Assembly (NCBI GenBank): GCA_946965045.2
Contig: OX337231.1
Coordinates: 3,534,001 to 3,598,000, forward strand
Length of the DNA stretch: 64,000 bases
Reading direction: 5' to 3'
From: Epithemia pelagica
Taxonomy: Eukaryota > Protista > Bacillariophyta
Shown: in pieces, positions 40,046 through 51,323 of the stretch
Numbering within the stretch: the first letter of the stretch is position 1
How the letters are laid out: each line of letters opens with the position of its first letter
The notes under the pieces: generated by a model
The model's database searches: none
The model's input: the letters and a program-made list of their open reading frames with translations, nothing else
Told to the model about the DNA's origin: nothing
Program-made: the position numbers and the translations under genes

Positions 40046-42079
40046 ATGGAGGACACGATTCCAGCCGACAATGACGACGACGCCATGATGTTGTCGTCGT
40101 CCTCGCCGCCGCCCGCCTTGTCGAGTGCCCAAATGCGGGCGGCGACCTTGGCGGCCAAATATGCCGGTGGGTTGTCCTTGGTGGGATCGTCCTTGATTAT
40201 TTGGAATGTCTGGCACAAGAAACGTCATTTGAAACATCGCTTGAAACGACCGGTCCTCTTGAACATTTTGTTGGGCATGTCCTTGTTTGATTTGTGTTCG
40301 AGTTCCATGTACATTGTCGGCAGTTGGGCCATTCCGGCCAACGAGGCCAGTGAGACAGTATTCATGCCGCGCGGTTCGACCTTTACCTGTACGGCGCAGG
40401 GTGCCTTGTTTCAGGCCTTTGAACCGGCCATTCCCTTGTACAATTTGAGTTTGGCCTCGTATTATTACTTGACCGTCAAGTGCAATTGGAAGGATGACAA
40501 ATTGCAACGCCATGCCAGGGCCTTTCATGTCGGACCGGCCTTGTTTGGCTTATCGACTGCGCTCTACGGTGTCTTGGACAATCAATTTCATCCCAATGAC
40601 TTTTGGTGTTGGTTTGCCGGCACGGAACAATCCGATTTGCTCAAATTTCTCTTGTATTACATTCCCATTTGGGCCTCCTTTTTTGCCGTCGTGACCTTGT
40701 TTTCGCTCATGTATCGACATGTCCGCCATCAAGAACGAGCCAATCATCGCTACCAATTTGAACGGACCCTGGCGCAAGCGGCGGCCGCGACGGAACCACC
40801 CCCGGATGACGAGGACGAGACGGATGACTTGGAGGATGCGTCGTCTCCGACGGCCTCGCTCCGTCGCGGCAGTGCGTGGCAACGCACGATCCGCAATCGT
40901 TTGTTGGTGCGACAATCGGGCGTTCGACAAGGGCCTCAACGCCGCTTTTCTGGTCGTCTCAGTCGTCCCGTCTTGAGACAAGGCGTCTTGTATTCCTGTG
41001 CCTTTTTGTTGGCCTTTTTGTTTCCCACCATTTCGCGGACCCAGCAATTGCACAAGGACGATATCCGGTACGGTCTCTTGTTTTGCATGTGTCTCTGTTT
41101 GCCCCTTCAAGGCTTTTTGAATTCGCTCATCTATTTTCAACGCGACATTGGAGCCTTTTTGCTCCGTCGAGAATTGTGGAAACGATCCGAGTGTTCTTCG
41201 CAATATCCGTCCCATGCGCCCCACAGCAGTGTCTTTCTACGATCGACTCGCATGGCCAGTCGTCTCAGTCGATGGTCAAATCATGCCGTTCCACCACCAC
41301 CATTGACGGGTGAAGGTGCGGCGGACGAATCCTATTCGTCCTCGTGCTTGATGGGGGAACCTCCGAGTGGTTCCACACGAGACCCGCCCCTGTGGTCCAC
41401 CTTTTCTTCCTCTGCGCAAGCACGGCAACAACAACAACAACAATCTACTGTGTCACTCGAACATGGACCGCCCGAGGTGGATGGAGTGGACGATTCGTCG
41501 TCGTCCTGTTTGGTCTCGCAAAATCATTTGGGACAAGACTTGTATCTCTATGTGGTGGCTGAAGAAGACGAAGAAGAAGAAGAAGAGGAAAATTACGAAT
41601 ATGATGAACCGGACCAAGAAATGGCCAGTTCCGAACCCAAGGAAACGGATGCGTCCATGAAAGAAGACGATTTGATAGAACATGGAAAAAATCACAAGGA
41701 CGAAGCCACTCGTATGGAATCCACGTCGCCGTCCTTCAATACAACCGACGAAACGAACGAATATCCAAAGGACAATTTGGAAACTGTACCATCGGAGGAA
41801 CAAACACAAACACCATTGCCCATGGACCAGGAGCCTGGGATTCCAAACGATTTGGAACGTGGCGGATCCGTGGCACTCACGGACAAGTGTGTCGAGCGTT
41901 TGGATTCGTTGCCATTAGCGATTCCGACAAAAGCATTGTCGTGTCAAGTTCCTGGAGATCTCGAGAAGCAAAAACACGGATCCGACCATGAACGACTATC
42001 CATGGATGCAACTTTAGACACCAAGGAGGATGATGAGGAAAAGAAGGATGAACCCGAACCAACCTTGGATCTGTTGTAG
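40046..42079 (+). CDS. 7TM GPCR-like protein (cAMP-receptor/Git3-like), paralogue 2
   Basis: Same motifs as paralogue 1 (LGMSLFDL, CTAQG, YNLSLASYY, WCWF, PLQGFLNSLIY); longer acidic tail. Confidence 0.85.
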   Translation: MEDTIPADNDDDAMMLSSSSPPPALSSAQMRAATLAAKYAGGLSLVGSSLIIWNVWHKKRHLKHRLKRPVLLNILLGMSLFDLCSSSMYIVGSWAIPANEASETVFMPRGSTFTCTAQGALFQAFEPAIPLYNLSLASYYYLTVKCNWKDDKLQRHARAFHVGPALFGLSTALYGVLDNQFHPNDFWCWFAGTEQSDLLKFLLYYIPIWASFFAVVTLFSLMYRHVRHQERANHRYQFERTLAQAAAATEPPPDDEDETDDLEDASSPTASLRRGSAWQRTIRNRLLVRQSGVRQGPQRRFSGRLSRPVLRQGVLYSCAFLLAFLFPTISRTQQLHKDDIRYGLLFCMCLCLPLQGFLNSLIYFQRDIGAFLLRRELWKRSECSSQYPSHAPHSSVFLRSTRMASRLSRWSNHAVPPPPLTGEGAADESYSSSCLMGEPPSGSTRDPPLWSTFSSSAQARQQQQQQSTVSLEHGPPEVDGVDDSSSSCLVSQNHLGQDLYLYVVAEEDEEEEEEENYEYDEPDQEMASSEPKETDASMKEDDLIEHGKNHKDEATRMESTSPSFNTTDETNEYPKDNLETVPSEEQTQTPLPMDQEPGIPNDLERGGSVALTDKCVERLDSLPLAIPTKALSCQVPGDLEKQKHGSDHERLSMDATLDTKEDDEEKKDEPEPTLDLL

Positions 42080-43290
42080 CTTTTTTACACGACAGGCGCA
42101 CAACTCCAATTCCTTTTTGCTGTGGTACGCACCCACTGAATTTGGCATTGTTACTAGCCGCACAAGAGCCGCGAACGATTTGTCCCATGTGACTGCCGAC
42201 AGCGTTTGGCTTCACCTACACACAAAGGTGTCATTCGTCGAGCAATCACAGAAACTGTCAGAGGACATGCCATGGCCGGATGCATGCTCATAAGTTTTCT
42301 ACAGGTTGTCAACAATGATGGCCATTTGTGACACGTGGTAGACTCCATGGATGGTGGTGTTCAATCAAGGAAGCGACTGTCGGGCTCCTGCAATGCTCGA
42401 TCGGGTCTCTCTTTGGAGAAAGCTGACCATTGGCTGACACGACCCTAGGTAGATACCTCGTTTCGGAAAGGATCAAATAAACACGTGTGGCTGGGAACCA
42501 TTGGTTGATCCAGCCTTTGGCAACGGAAGCACTGCTTACTACTCCTAAGTAGTACTATCTAGTTATTTGCCCTATTTGATTTGAGTCCGAGAAACAAATG
42601 AGGTCGACCTAGAGGACCATAATCCACAACGTACTCTGCAACTGGACGAGCCCAATTCCTAATGTAGTATCGTTGCGTGACATTTTTTGAATAGAAGCAA
42701 AACTTTTTGGAGAAGTTGTTTGTTACGAGATGGATCCATCTCATGATCTTGTCTTCACACTTTGAGAGAATGATGGATGCCTCGGTCGGGTGTGATCGAT
42801 CGTGGAATGGACTGGAATGTTATGTGTACACGACCAATCCCAGTTATCAAGAATCTCCAGAGAAATGACTGTTTGACACGTTAGGAATACCATGGAAAAC
42901 GATCCAAGGTACGCGCTTGGGAGTTGGATTCTGAATACTTTTCAGCGTGTGTGATGTCGTATCACATTGAAAATTCGCATATATATCCCATGACAAACGC
43001 TCCGCGTAGTTCCCGATTTGCTCGCTCGCCTGCGACTGCCAAAATTTTGCCACTCTGAAAAAGCTGTTCACATTTTTGGATAACTGTGACTCGATCCCCC
43101 GCGACGATTGAACCAATATTTCTCCTCCGACGATCCAACCTGTGAGGACGAGAACGACAAGGACGACACGAGAGAAAAAGCACCAGGATTGTGTGGTGAG
43201 CTTTTGGTGTGTGTCATGTCATTCCTAGAGTGTGGTTGTTGAGCTTGAAAAACAAGAACAAGAAACAAAACAATTCAAGCAAGGCACACC

Positions 43291-45822
43291 ATGATGACAA
43301 CCACCACCAAGAAATTGCTCGGATCGCCCCATCCCGAATCCAGCGTCGAATATTTTGCCACCTCCTCCATTGATTCGAGTGATTTTGTGTCGGCCCATGA
43401 CGATGGTGAATCCTATGGCGGCAACAACAACCATGAGCCGGGACATGGTCGAGTCTTTGAAATGGCCTGGAAGTATTACGAACCCGATCCTAGCGGATCG
43501 AACCACAACCACCCGCGAATGTTGGGAGGAGGAGCACAAGAGGAGACGGTATTTTTCATGGAGGAGGATGGCGGTGGCAGTGGTGGACCCAACAGCCGTC
43601 TGCGCCTGCAGCATCAACAGTTGCAACGAGACTTGATTGCCGATGATATTCATCAACCATCACCATCACCACCACCACAGGAACCTCCGGCTGCCGCCCA
43701 TGCCTTGAACATGAGACCCAGCTCCACATCGTCGACAAGTTCCACCAGTCTCTTGCCCTATTACCAATTCACCATCAAGGATAATTCGGTAACATCGTCA
43801 CTGAGTGATACCTTTTCTCATGAATCCTCTCATGACGAGAGCGACATTAAAACGAGCGAAGACAGTTATATGGACAAGCAAGACCCAGATGGTGATGAGA
43901 GTGAACTTTCGAGACAAAGCGAGGATTGGATTCTGGAAACTCCGAGACATTATTCCAAATCACGCTTTTCGTCCCTCTCCTTTGGCTCCCAGGCACGACG
44001 CCACACCCGAACGGCCAGCCGGAAGCACCACACGTCTCGAGGACGACGAAACAAGAGGGCCAGTTCGGAGGGCAGTAGTAGTTGTTGTTCCGAGGACCGC
44101 GATTCCATCAAGTTGTCGGGCGTGTATTCTCGCGCCTTGTTTCCCGAGGATGTGTCGTCGTCGTCGTCCCGACCCACAAGGAGGAGGGGCACGACCGCCG
44201 GTCATCTCCACATTCCTCATGCCAACCGCCGGACTCACCGCAGCAGCAGTAGTAGCAACCCGTACGCTCCCACGGCCGCCGGAGGGCTGGGATCCTTATT
44301 GTTCTCCAACCTCGTGTCCGCCGCCGAATCCCTCCAACAGTTGCTCGTGTCCGAACCGTCCCGGACGACACATACGCGTACCACGAATATCCGAAGTTCC
44401 TCGTCCATGTCGACATCGTCCTCGTCGTCCTCCTCCGATTTGCAACAACAACAACCAAGTCTCGAGGAGAGTCATCATCATCATCACGACAAGCCAAAAG
44501 GAACGACGCCCCGAACCGTTGCCGAAAGCGTTGGTTCCTCCCCGGGAGCAGGAGCAGCAGGAGCCTCGTCGAGCCCTCGAAGCAATATTCGAGAATTTGC
44601 GGTCAGCGCCTTGAGTTGTACCAACTTTAGCTTTCCTCCCGAAGACTTGAACAAGATGAAGCAGCAACCCCTCAAAGGATGGAAGGGCATTGTCCACACG
44701 GGCACCGCCAGGCATCGAGAGGCGAACCACGAGACGCGTAGTCGTACTAGTCAACGGACCCCCACCACGACAACGACAACATGTCACAGGGTGGGAACCG
44801 TTGGAGACGGCGGAACGGAGCAATTGCACGTGAGTCTGGCACCCCTGGGATTTGAAGTCTCCCTCCATGCCCAGGATCCACAACTGCAAGAACCACCCCA
44901 ACAAGAACCAACGGAACATTTGCACGAACCCCAACACCACCACGGGCAGTCGTCCTTGGCGCAAAATCCGCTCGAAGGTCTTGAATACCTCGAACAGATT
45001 TTAAAAGGAGGAGACTGTACCCCACAAGAAACGCTTGTGCACCGTGTATTTGATAGAAATCCAGAGTTTGAAACAGCGGATCATCCTAGAGAGCGTCATG
45101 CACATCCAGTGCTATTGGATGCGGAGGAAAGTGAAGAAGAGGACGATGAGTCGGACGAGAGTGATGAGGATGACGACGACGAAGAAGAAGACGATGAGCA
45201 ACTTGATGTGGAGGAAGATTTGGAACCAAAGCGTGGTCCATCCGACGACGGCAACCAAGATCCACTGGATAGGATCCAGACGCAAATGGACGAGTTTGTC
45301 CTGAGTCGAGGTTCGCGAGACTTTGATGACACAGACGAACGAGCCAAGACAAGAACCAATGGGCGTAACAGCCGAGTGGGCAAGGCAGAAGACCCCGTTT
45401 TCCAAATTGAATTTGATGGATCCGACAATGTCGATGCCAATGTCGATGCCAATAATCTGTTTCCCAATGACCTGGTGGAGGAAGAGGAGCCGGAAGCGGT
45501 ACCCTCTCGACGCAGTCGTCGTTCCTTGTCTCCCCGCAAACTTCGGGGTGGTGGAAGCGGCGGTCCGGGTCGATGGAATTCGTCTTACCCGGGTCGTCGT
45601 TCCTTGTCTCCCCGCAAGGGCGATCGGTGGATGGCGCGATTGTGGACGACAAAAACGACTCCCTCCTCCTCCCAGCCCTCTCCCCAAAGTCAGTCCCAAG
45701 AGCCAGTATCGTCGTCCTCGTCGTCGCCCCGACGATCCTCGCGTGGTCGCAAATACCGAGAACGCTTTACCAAGTTGCGGTCCACCAGTCTCCTCCGTCG
45801 TCCACACTCCCAAAAGTTGTAG
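43291..45822 (+). CDS. Hypothetical low-complexity, probably disordered protein (843 aa)
   Basis: Long uninterrupted ORF rich in S/E/D/R; duplicated RRSLSPRK motif near the C-terminus; no recognisable domain. Confidence 0.65.
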   Translation: MMTTTTKKLLGSPHPESSVEYFATSSIDSSDFVSAHDDGESYGGNNNHEPGHGRVFEMAWKYYEPDPSGSNHNHPRMLGGGAQEETVFFMEEDGGGSGGPNSRLRLQHQQLQRDLIADDIHQPSPSPPPQEPPAAAHALNMRPSSTSSTSSTSLLPYYQFTIKDNSVTSSLSDTFSHESSHDESDIKTSEDSYMDKQDPDGDESELSRQSEDWILETPRHYSKSRFSSLSFGSQARRHTRTASRKHHTSRGRRNKRASSEGSSSCCSEDRDSIKLSGVYSRALFPEDVSSSSSRPTRRRGTTAGHLHIPHANRRTHRSSSSSNPYAPTAAGGLGSLLFSNLVSAAESLQQLLVSEPSRTTHTRTTNIRSSSSMSTSSSSSSSDLQQQQPSLEESHHHHHDKPKGTTPRTVAESVGSSPGAGAAGASSSPRSNIREFAVSALSCTNFSFPPEDLNKMKQQPLKGWKGIVHTGTARHREANHETRSRTSQRTPTTTTTTCHRVGTVGDGGTEQLHVSLAPLGFEVSLHAQDPQLQEPPQQEPTEHLHEPQHHHGQSSLAQNPLEGLEYLEQILKGGDCTPQETLVHRVFDRNPEFETADHPRERHAHPVLLDAEESEEEDDESDESDEDDDDEEEDDEQLDVEEDLEPKRGPSDDGNQDPLDRIQTQMDEFVLSRGSRDFDDTDERAKTRTNGRNSRVGKAEDPVFQIEFDGSDNVDANVDANNLFPNDLVEEEEPEAVPSRRSRRSLSPRKLRGGGSGGPGRWNSSYPGRRSLSPRKGDRWMARLWTTKTTPSSSQPSPQSQSQEPVSSSSSSPRRSSRGRKYRERFTKLRSTSLLRRPHSQKL

Positions 45823-46472
45823 TAAGAGAACAACAACAACATCCTCGTGGGTGTCCCCCGAGAGAACCGAACACCTACAATAATTCATAATAAACAATCC
45901 TAGAACATGTCCGTTCCGGTCGCTATGGTACTTGCACCAAACGGAACGCGAACCACACACACAGAGAGAGACACCATCATTCTTGTTTGAAGTAGTAGTT
46001 GCTGGGACCTTTGTTCCGACAATACTAGATAGGTTCTTAAACTCGTCTTGCCAAACTCGGGGTGCAAGACATTCTTCGTTCGACCACCGAACTGGTGGAA
46101 TCCCCCACTGATACCGATCACACACAGTGGAGAGATCGAGAGAGAGAGAGTGCCACAGCAGCGATGAATGTCTCTACACGTGGACCGAGAAGCAGGATAG
46201 AAGGGACCTGTTGTGTTTCCCTGGTAGAAAGTCAGTAGAGAAAAGGAGTTTGGCCCATTGGCACCACCACCAACAACAAGGAGAAGAATCATGTGCATGT
46301 ATATATATATATTGGGTGTCGAATGTCGAACAACGTATATAATGTATACTTTCTAAAATTACACTAAATGGATACATTGCAAACTGTCCCCCCAAGAATG
46401 TTGCCATTCGATACCCTCTCGTCTTTACAGGCATGGTTGTGTGTGGAGAGAGTGTCAAAGCATTCTGTGTTT

Positions 46473-47414
46473 TTAGCTGGGAACGGGGAGCATGGCGTGC
46501 GACTCGGTCGGCGGTGCCGATGACGACGAAGAAGAAGAGGACGACGATGAGTCCGCCGTGAGGAGGGGGACCCACCAACCGTGGGACGCTGTACAGGGGA
46601 CACTGAGACAGGTTTCCACGGCTCGATCCATGGCGGTGGTCATTTCGTCCTTTTGGTTATCAGTGTCGTCGTTTGTTTGAGTGGAAGGCGATGAAAAGAC
46701 GAGGGGAAACCACGACGAGTCAGTGGCGGCTGTGGCTGGAGCGGAATCCGGAAGGTCATGGCCCATCATGTAATGATAACAAATGCCACTCGTCAAGTCG
46801 TCGCTGTCTAAGTCATAGTAGTCCTCGTACAAGGAGGACTGTCCCGCCCACACTCGGGCTTCTTGCTTGAAGCGTACAAAATCGGGTGAGGCATACCATT
46901 GTTCTTGAATTTCGGCACAGGTCAAGTATTGCCGAAACCGACAGGGGGCAATCCATTGGACATCTTCGGAAAAGCGAACCCCTGGTCGTCGTGGTGCGGT
47001 TGGCGGAGTAGTAGTAGTAGTAGTCGTAGCGGGTTCCACGTCGTCGGGTACGGCTGGTTGGGATTTGCGGCCTTGTGGATCGGGCTTTTTCTTGAGTTTG
47101 GACTTTAGTCTTTGCAAAAAGGGTCCATTACTAGTAGTACTACTGCTGCTTGTTGGGGAAGAGGAGGAGGACGATCCAGTAGTCACTGATGATTGGGACG
47201 AGGATTGTTCCTTTGTGGTTCGATGTTGCTTTGGTTTGGACGGTTGTGGTTTGGAGGGTGGAGTGACAAAGACCACCACGGTCGTGTCTCGTCGTTTTTT
47301 GGACCAGGACGTTCGACGACTACTTTTGGTATTGGTGGTAGTGGTGGCGGCTTGCAGAGTCGATTCGAGAGAAGAATCGTCGTTTTCCGTCATGACTTTG
47401 GTTCGAATCACCAT
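46473..47414 (-). CDS. Hypothetical protein with a diatom-type VRFS...WY...F motif; start next to the assembly gap
   Basis: RPGVRFSEDVQWIAP...EIQEQWYASPDFVRFKQE. The true start may lie beyond the gap. Confidence 0.55.
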   Translation of the reverse strand: MVIRTKVMTENDDSSLESTLQAATTTTNTKSSRRTSWSKKRRDTTVVVFVTPPSKPQPSKPKQHRTTKEQSSSQSSVTTGSSSSSSPTSSSSTTSNGPFLQRLKSKLKKKPDPQGRKSQPAVPDDVEPATTTTTTTPPTAPRRPGVRFSEDVQWIAPCRFRQYLTCAEIQEQWYASPDFVRFKQEARVWAGQSSLYEDYYDLDSDDLTSGICYHYMMGHDLPDSAPATAATDSSWFPLVFSSPSTQTNDDTDNQKDEMTTAMDRAVETCLSVPCTASHGWWVPLLTADSSSSSSSSSSSAPPTESHAMLPVPS

Positions 47415-47426
47415 GGCGCGTTTGTT

Positions 47427-47626
47427 NNNNNNNNNNNNNNNNNNNNNNNNNNNNNNNNNNNNNNNNNNNNNNNNNNNNNNNNNNNNNNNNNNNNNNNNNN
47501 NNNNNNNNNNNNNNNNNNNNNNNNNNNNNNNNNNNNNNNNNNNNNNNNNNNNNNNNNNNNNNNNNNNNNNNNNNNNNNNNNNNNNNNNNNNNNNNNNNNN
47601 NNNNNNNNNNNNNNNNNNNNNNNNNN
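47427..47626. other. Assembly gap (200 N)
   Basis: Run of exactly 200 N; GAATCACCATGGCGCGTT occurs on both sides. Confidence 0.99.
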
Positions 47627-49219
47627 GAATCACCATGGCGCGTTCTGTGGATTGGAGTAGTTTCTTTCTCACACACAAGAGAGAATGAAAGACTTTTGGC
47701 GCCTTGATACAACCAGCAGAAAAAAATGACTGACAGGGCCCAAGACGACAAGAGGGCAGAGAAAGAGGAACGAGAACAACAAGGCTGTGATCTGTGGTGA
47801 CTGTTGCTGCCGCCGTCTCGTTCGGGGGCAACGGCTGCGTCCAAGCCTCGAAAAAGACAAAAAAGTGACCGGTAAACTCCGTTGAAGACCCACAAGGCGT
47901 GCAGTCGATAAGTAACTGTATGTGAAATCCTTGCTTATTCCGATAAGTCGCGCCCTTGGACAAGCAATATTTCAAATCGTCGAGTGTACTATCTATGTTT
48001 AAGGAATTTTGGGGGATGGGGGATCCGGTACCGGCCCGCGTTCTCCAACGTTCGTTGGTGTGTCGTTCGAACCTCAGCATCCAGCGGACTTTTTACTTTT
48101 TTTGGTTCTTTGCCCCCAACGCGCATCCATATTCCAAAGAATTTGGCGCTCTCTCATCAAAGCGAGAGAGAGCCGTTCCCCCTGTTCTCAACCGACATGG
48201 CCAACGGCTTGATTTGAGTTCTCCATCTCCATCTGAAAGAGAGAATGAGAAGGATATCCGTTGTAGGCCCACTCCGTACTCCCGGTACATCTTTTTGAAT
48301 GTTCGCACAAGAGAACCGACCGTTGGTGGTTGTTCTTGTTGTGCAGCATTGGCCACCATGATGCACACACGTAGGAACTCCGGCCACCACACCCGAAACC
48401 ATAGTGGAAATGATGAATGGATTGGAACATTGGACAGTCGCCCACGCCACACTCGTTCCTGTCCGTGTCAAAGGAATCGATGAACCAGAACAAACTACTG
48501 TTTAGCTACAAGGAGTACAAGTCACGCATCCTAGAAAAGAAGAGAATCTTTTAGGGTCATTTCGTTGCACGACGAGAGAACCAACCGTCCCGAGAGCGAG
48601 AGAGAGAGAGAGAGTGAGTGAGTCGTCCAGATGATTGCGCACTGTGAAAAGTTGGTAGTGTATGGAACTCATCACGAGTGTGCGTGTGTGTGTGTGTGTG
48701 CCATGGATTGTTTTGTGATTACACGCAAAACGTTGGCTCCTTCTACAGACTACTCCTATCTACTGCTTCGCGGCGAGCAGTGTGGCATTGGAGATTGGAG
48801 ATTGTGGAGGAGCCTTCGAGCCATGGATTTCTCCACGTGGAACATGATGGGAACCGAAGCTTTGGTGGTGATGGTACAGGGATTGGAGTAGTGGTGGGAA
48901 CGAAGTCGGACAGCTGTTCTGTTTCTTGGAAAGCTGACTCCATCCAATGACAACGATAACAACGACACGAAGGACATTCATGGACAAGAAGGAGCAGCAG
49001 CCGAACGAAAGGAGAGAGAGAGAGAGAAACGAGAACCAGAACTCTTCACAAACAGTTGTGCGCTTTTGACAGCTGTCGCTGTCTCTGTCTTTGGAAAGAG
49101 ATTAACGGCCGAATCATTTCGGATGAGATTTTCTGTCTTGGTGGAACGACTATAAAGAAGTTTGTCTGCTTCTAGTTTCTGTATTGCAAGGATTATTGTT
49201 TGTTCCAAGCATATTCCCC

Positions 49220-50770
49220 ATGACAAGCACCACCACCAAGGCAATGACTCCGCTGCTGCTGCAAAGTCGTCGTTTTCGTCGTACTATCATTGGTTTCCAG
49301 CAGACTCGACGACAATTGTTCTTCGTCATGACACTCATACTGATGATGCTGCTTGCTTCGGTGGCCGTGGCGTGGACCCTGAATCCTCCTCCATCCTCCT
49401 GGTCCAGGACTCGTGCGAGTCCTTGTGGTCGTTGTTGTCCTTTCGACGCGTCCTTGCAGGCTCTGGTGTGGAATGATTTTGAGGACACGAGCGACCATCT
49501 CGAACCACAAGACGAAGTAGATGAGGATGACTACGAGGAGGAGGAGGATGACCATGACAATCCAGAAACAGAACCAAACCTCCATGCCACTCGGCGTCGT
49601 GGCCGTGCCAGTGTCGTGGGGGTCAGTGTCGAACAATCGTCAGGCTTTTGGGCCATGGTGCAATCCGATTCTGGGTCATTGTCGTCCTCCACGTGGTGGG
49701 CCTTGCCCGTCACCTCGTCGGCCATGGATCGTTGGGCCGCCACGAGTGGACCCGCCTTGACCTTGGTCCAATTGCTCGGTCAAGTAGACATGGCCGGCAT
49801 GGTGTTTCCACCCCATCGATTGGCCCAATTGCTCATTTGTGGATTGGAAGAACAATTACTGGAACAACAAGAACAACAAGTGTTGGACCCAGAAGCACCA
49901 CCCGTATCGCCCCAAGCACGTGCCTTTGTTGTCTCCATTCGCGAGCAAATTCGCACCATTTTGAATGGTGCGTCGTCGAGCCAACATTCGACACCCAAAG
50001 AAGAGGAGGAGGACGACGACGATGAGTATTCGTATACGGACGCTTCCAATTGGATTCGATCGCGAGTGCGATTGCCCCTCTGTACCTTGGATCAAGTCAC
50101 CTTGTCCTTTGTGCCAGTGTCGTCATTGTCGTCCGAATCGATTACGGCCACGTGTCGTTGTACCTTGGACATTGTCCTGCATCCGGACCATTCGGCGGAT
50201 AACGACGAAACAAAACCAACGAAAAAACCCTGGACCCTGTCCTTGCCCCTGACGGAATTGACGGTCCAACACGTCTTGGCCGCTGGCGACACGACTGCCT
50301 ACAATGATTATGAACCCCTTGTATCCTATCATTTCTTGGCGGTGGCCTTGGCACTCCGCTACAAGGCACCCATTGTGGTCGTGGAAGAAGAACAAGCACA
50401 AGAACCACCACAACCAAAAGAAGAAAAAGAACCAGAGACGACGGTACCCCTCCCTGCCAACGACGACGACGACGACGACACTCTGGCGTGGGCCCAGTCC
50501 TGTCACGGCTATTCCAGTCTCGAGGCCTTGCAACTTGACTTTCCGCACTATGTCACGGCGGCTCACTTGCAACAATCCTCGCAACGCGTCGTGCAGACCA
50601 TTGAACAAGGCTTTGAATGGCATCAATTGCAAGCGGCCTGGAAAATTGCCCGCCAAAAACAAGATTACAAGGCCATGGCCAAAATACAAGACAAAATGAA
50701 TCAACTCGAACAACAACAACAAGAAGGCTTGAGTGTCCAACCCGAATCCGATATGGATCAAATGGAATAG
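49220..50770 (+). CDS. Bifunctional nuclease (DUF151)-like protein with a C-terminal UVR motif, probably plastid-targeted
   Basis: Hydrophobic signal ending VAVA-W. The segment VVGVSVEQSSGFWAMV...WALPV...ALTLVQLL resembles DUF151. The C-terminal LQAAWKIARQKQDYKAMAKIQDKMNQL is UVR-like. The start codon is uncertain. Confidence 0.6.
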   Translation: MTSTTTKAMTPLLLQSRRFRRTIIGFQQTRRQLFFVMTLILMMLLASVAVAWTLNPPPSSWSRTRASPCGRCCPFDASLQALVWNDFEDTSDHLEPQDEVDEDDYEEEEDDHDNPETEPNLHATRRRGRASVVGVSVEQSSGFWAMVQSDSGSLSSSTWWALPVTSSAMDRWAATSGPALTLVQLLGQVDMAGMVFPPHRLAQLLICGLEEQLLEQQEQQVLDPEAPPVSPQARAFVVSIREQIRTILNGASSSQHSTPKEEEEDDDDEYSYTDASNWIRSRVRLPLCTLDQVTLSFVPVSSLSSESITATCRCTLDIVLHPDHSADNDETKPTKKPWTLSLPLTELTVQHVLAAGDTTAYNDYEPLVSYHFLAVALALRYKAPIVVVEEEQAQEPPQPKEEKEPETTVPLPANDDDDDDTLAWAQSCHGYSSLEALQLDFPHYVTAAHLQQSSQRVVQTIEQGFEWHQLQAAWKIARQKQDYKAMAKIQDKMNQLEQQQQEGLSVQPESDMDQME

Positions 50771-51323
50771 TCCTACAAAACACACAGGTCGAGACGAGAA
50801 TCCAATGTACTTTAGAAAAAAAGACGAATGCGGACAAAACAACGCTAATACTCCTTCACGAGGGGGGCACAATCGGATGGATGCTGCATGGGTGAAAGCG
50901 GCAGTAGCAGCTACTGCCTTGTGGGAACGAGAAAAAAAAGAGAGGATCGGTGTCGGTTTGTGTGGTTTGGCGTTGGTGTGGAACAAGAGAAGAGACCTTC
51001 GAATGTAAGGGTTGATTCACAAGCAGTGGGAACCGCAAATCAACACACACGTCACCGCATCCTAATCACGCTCATGTTGCTGCTACAGCTACGATAGACC
51101 CAATTCTCACTTGTATCATCCTGAGTTTGTACCCCTCCAACACCAAACGAACGAACGACTCGACACGCTTATCATAATTGTACTAAGAACGAAGGAACTC
51201 ACAAATTGTGGAACGGGATACAATGCATCCACGAAACAACGATAGCAACCCCTTGTAAGAACATGACCATGGGTCGAAGGAAGCTGAAACAGACTTTCTT
51301 TCTCTACTAAGTACATATGTAGT

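Noticed and set aside
42847-43116. Protein-like fragment RLSWDIYANFQCDTTSHT...VPWIVFHGIP
   Set aside because: Too short and not assignable without a database search.
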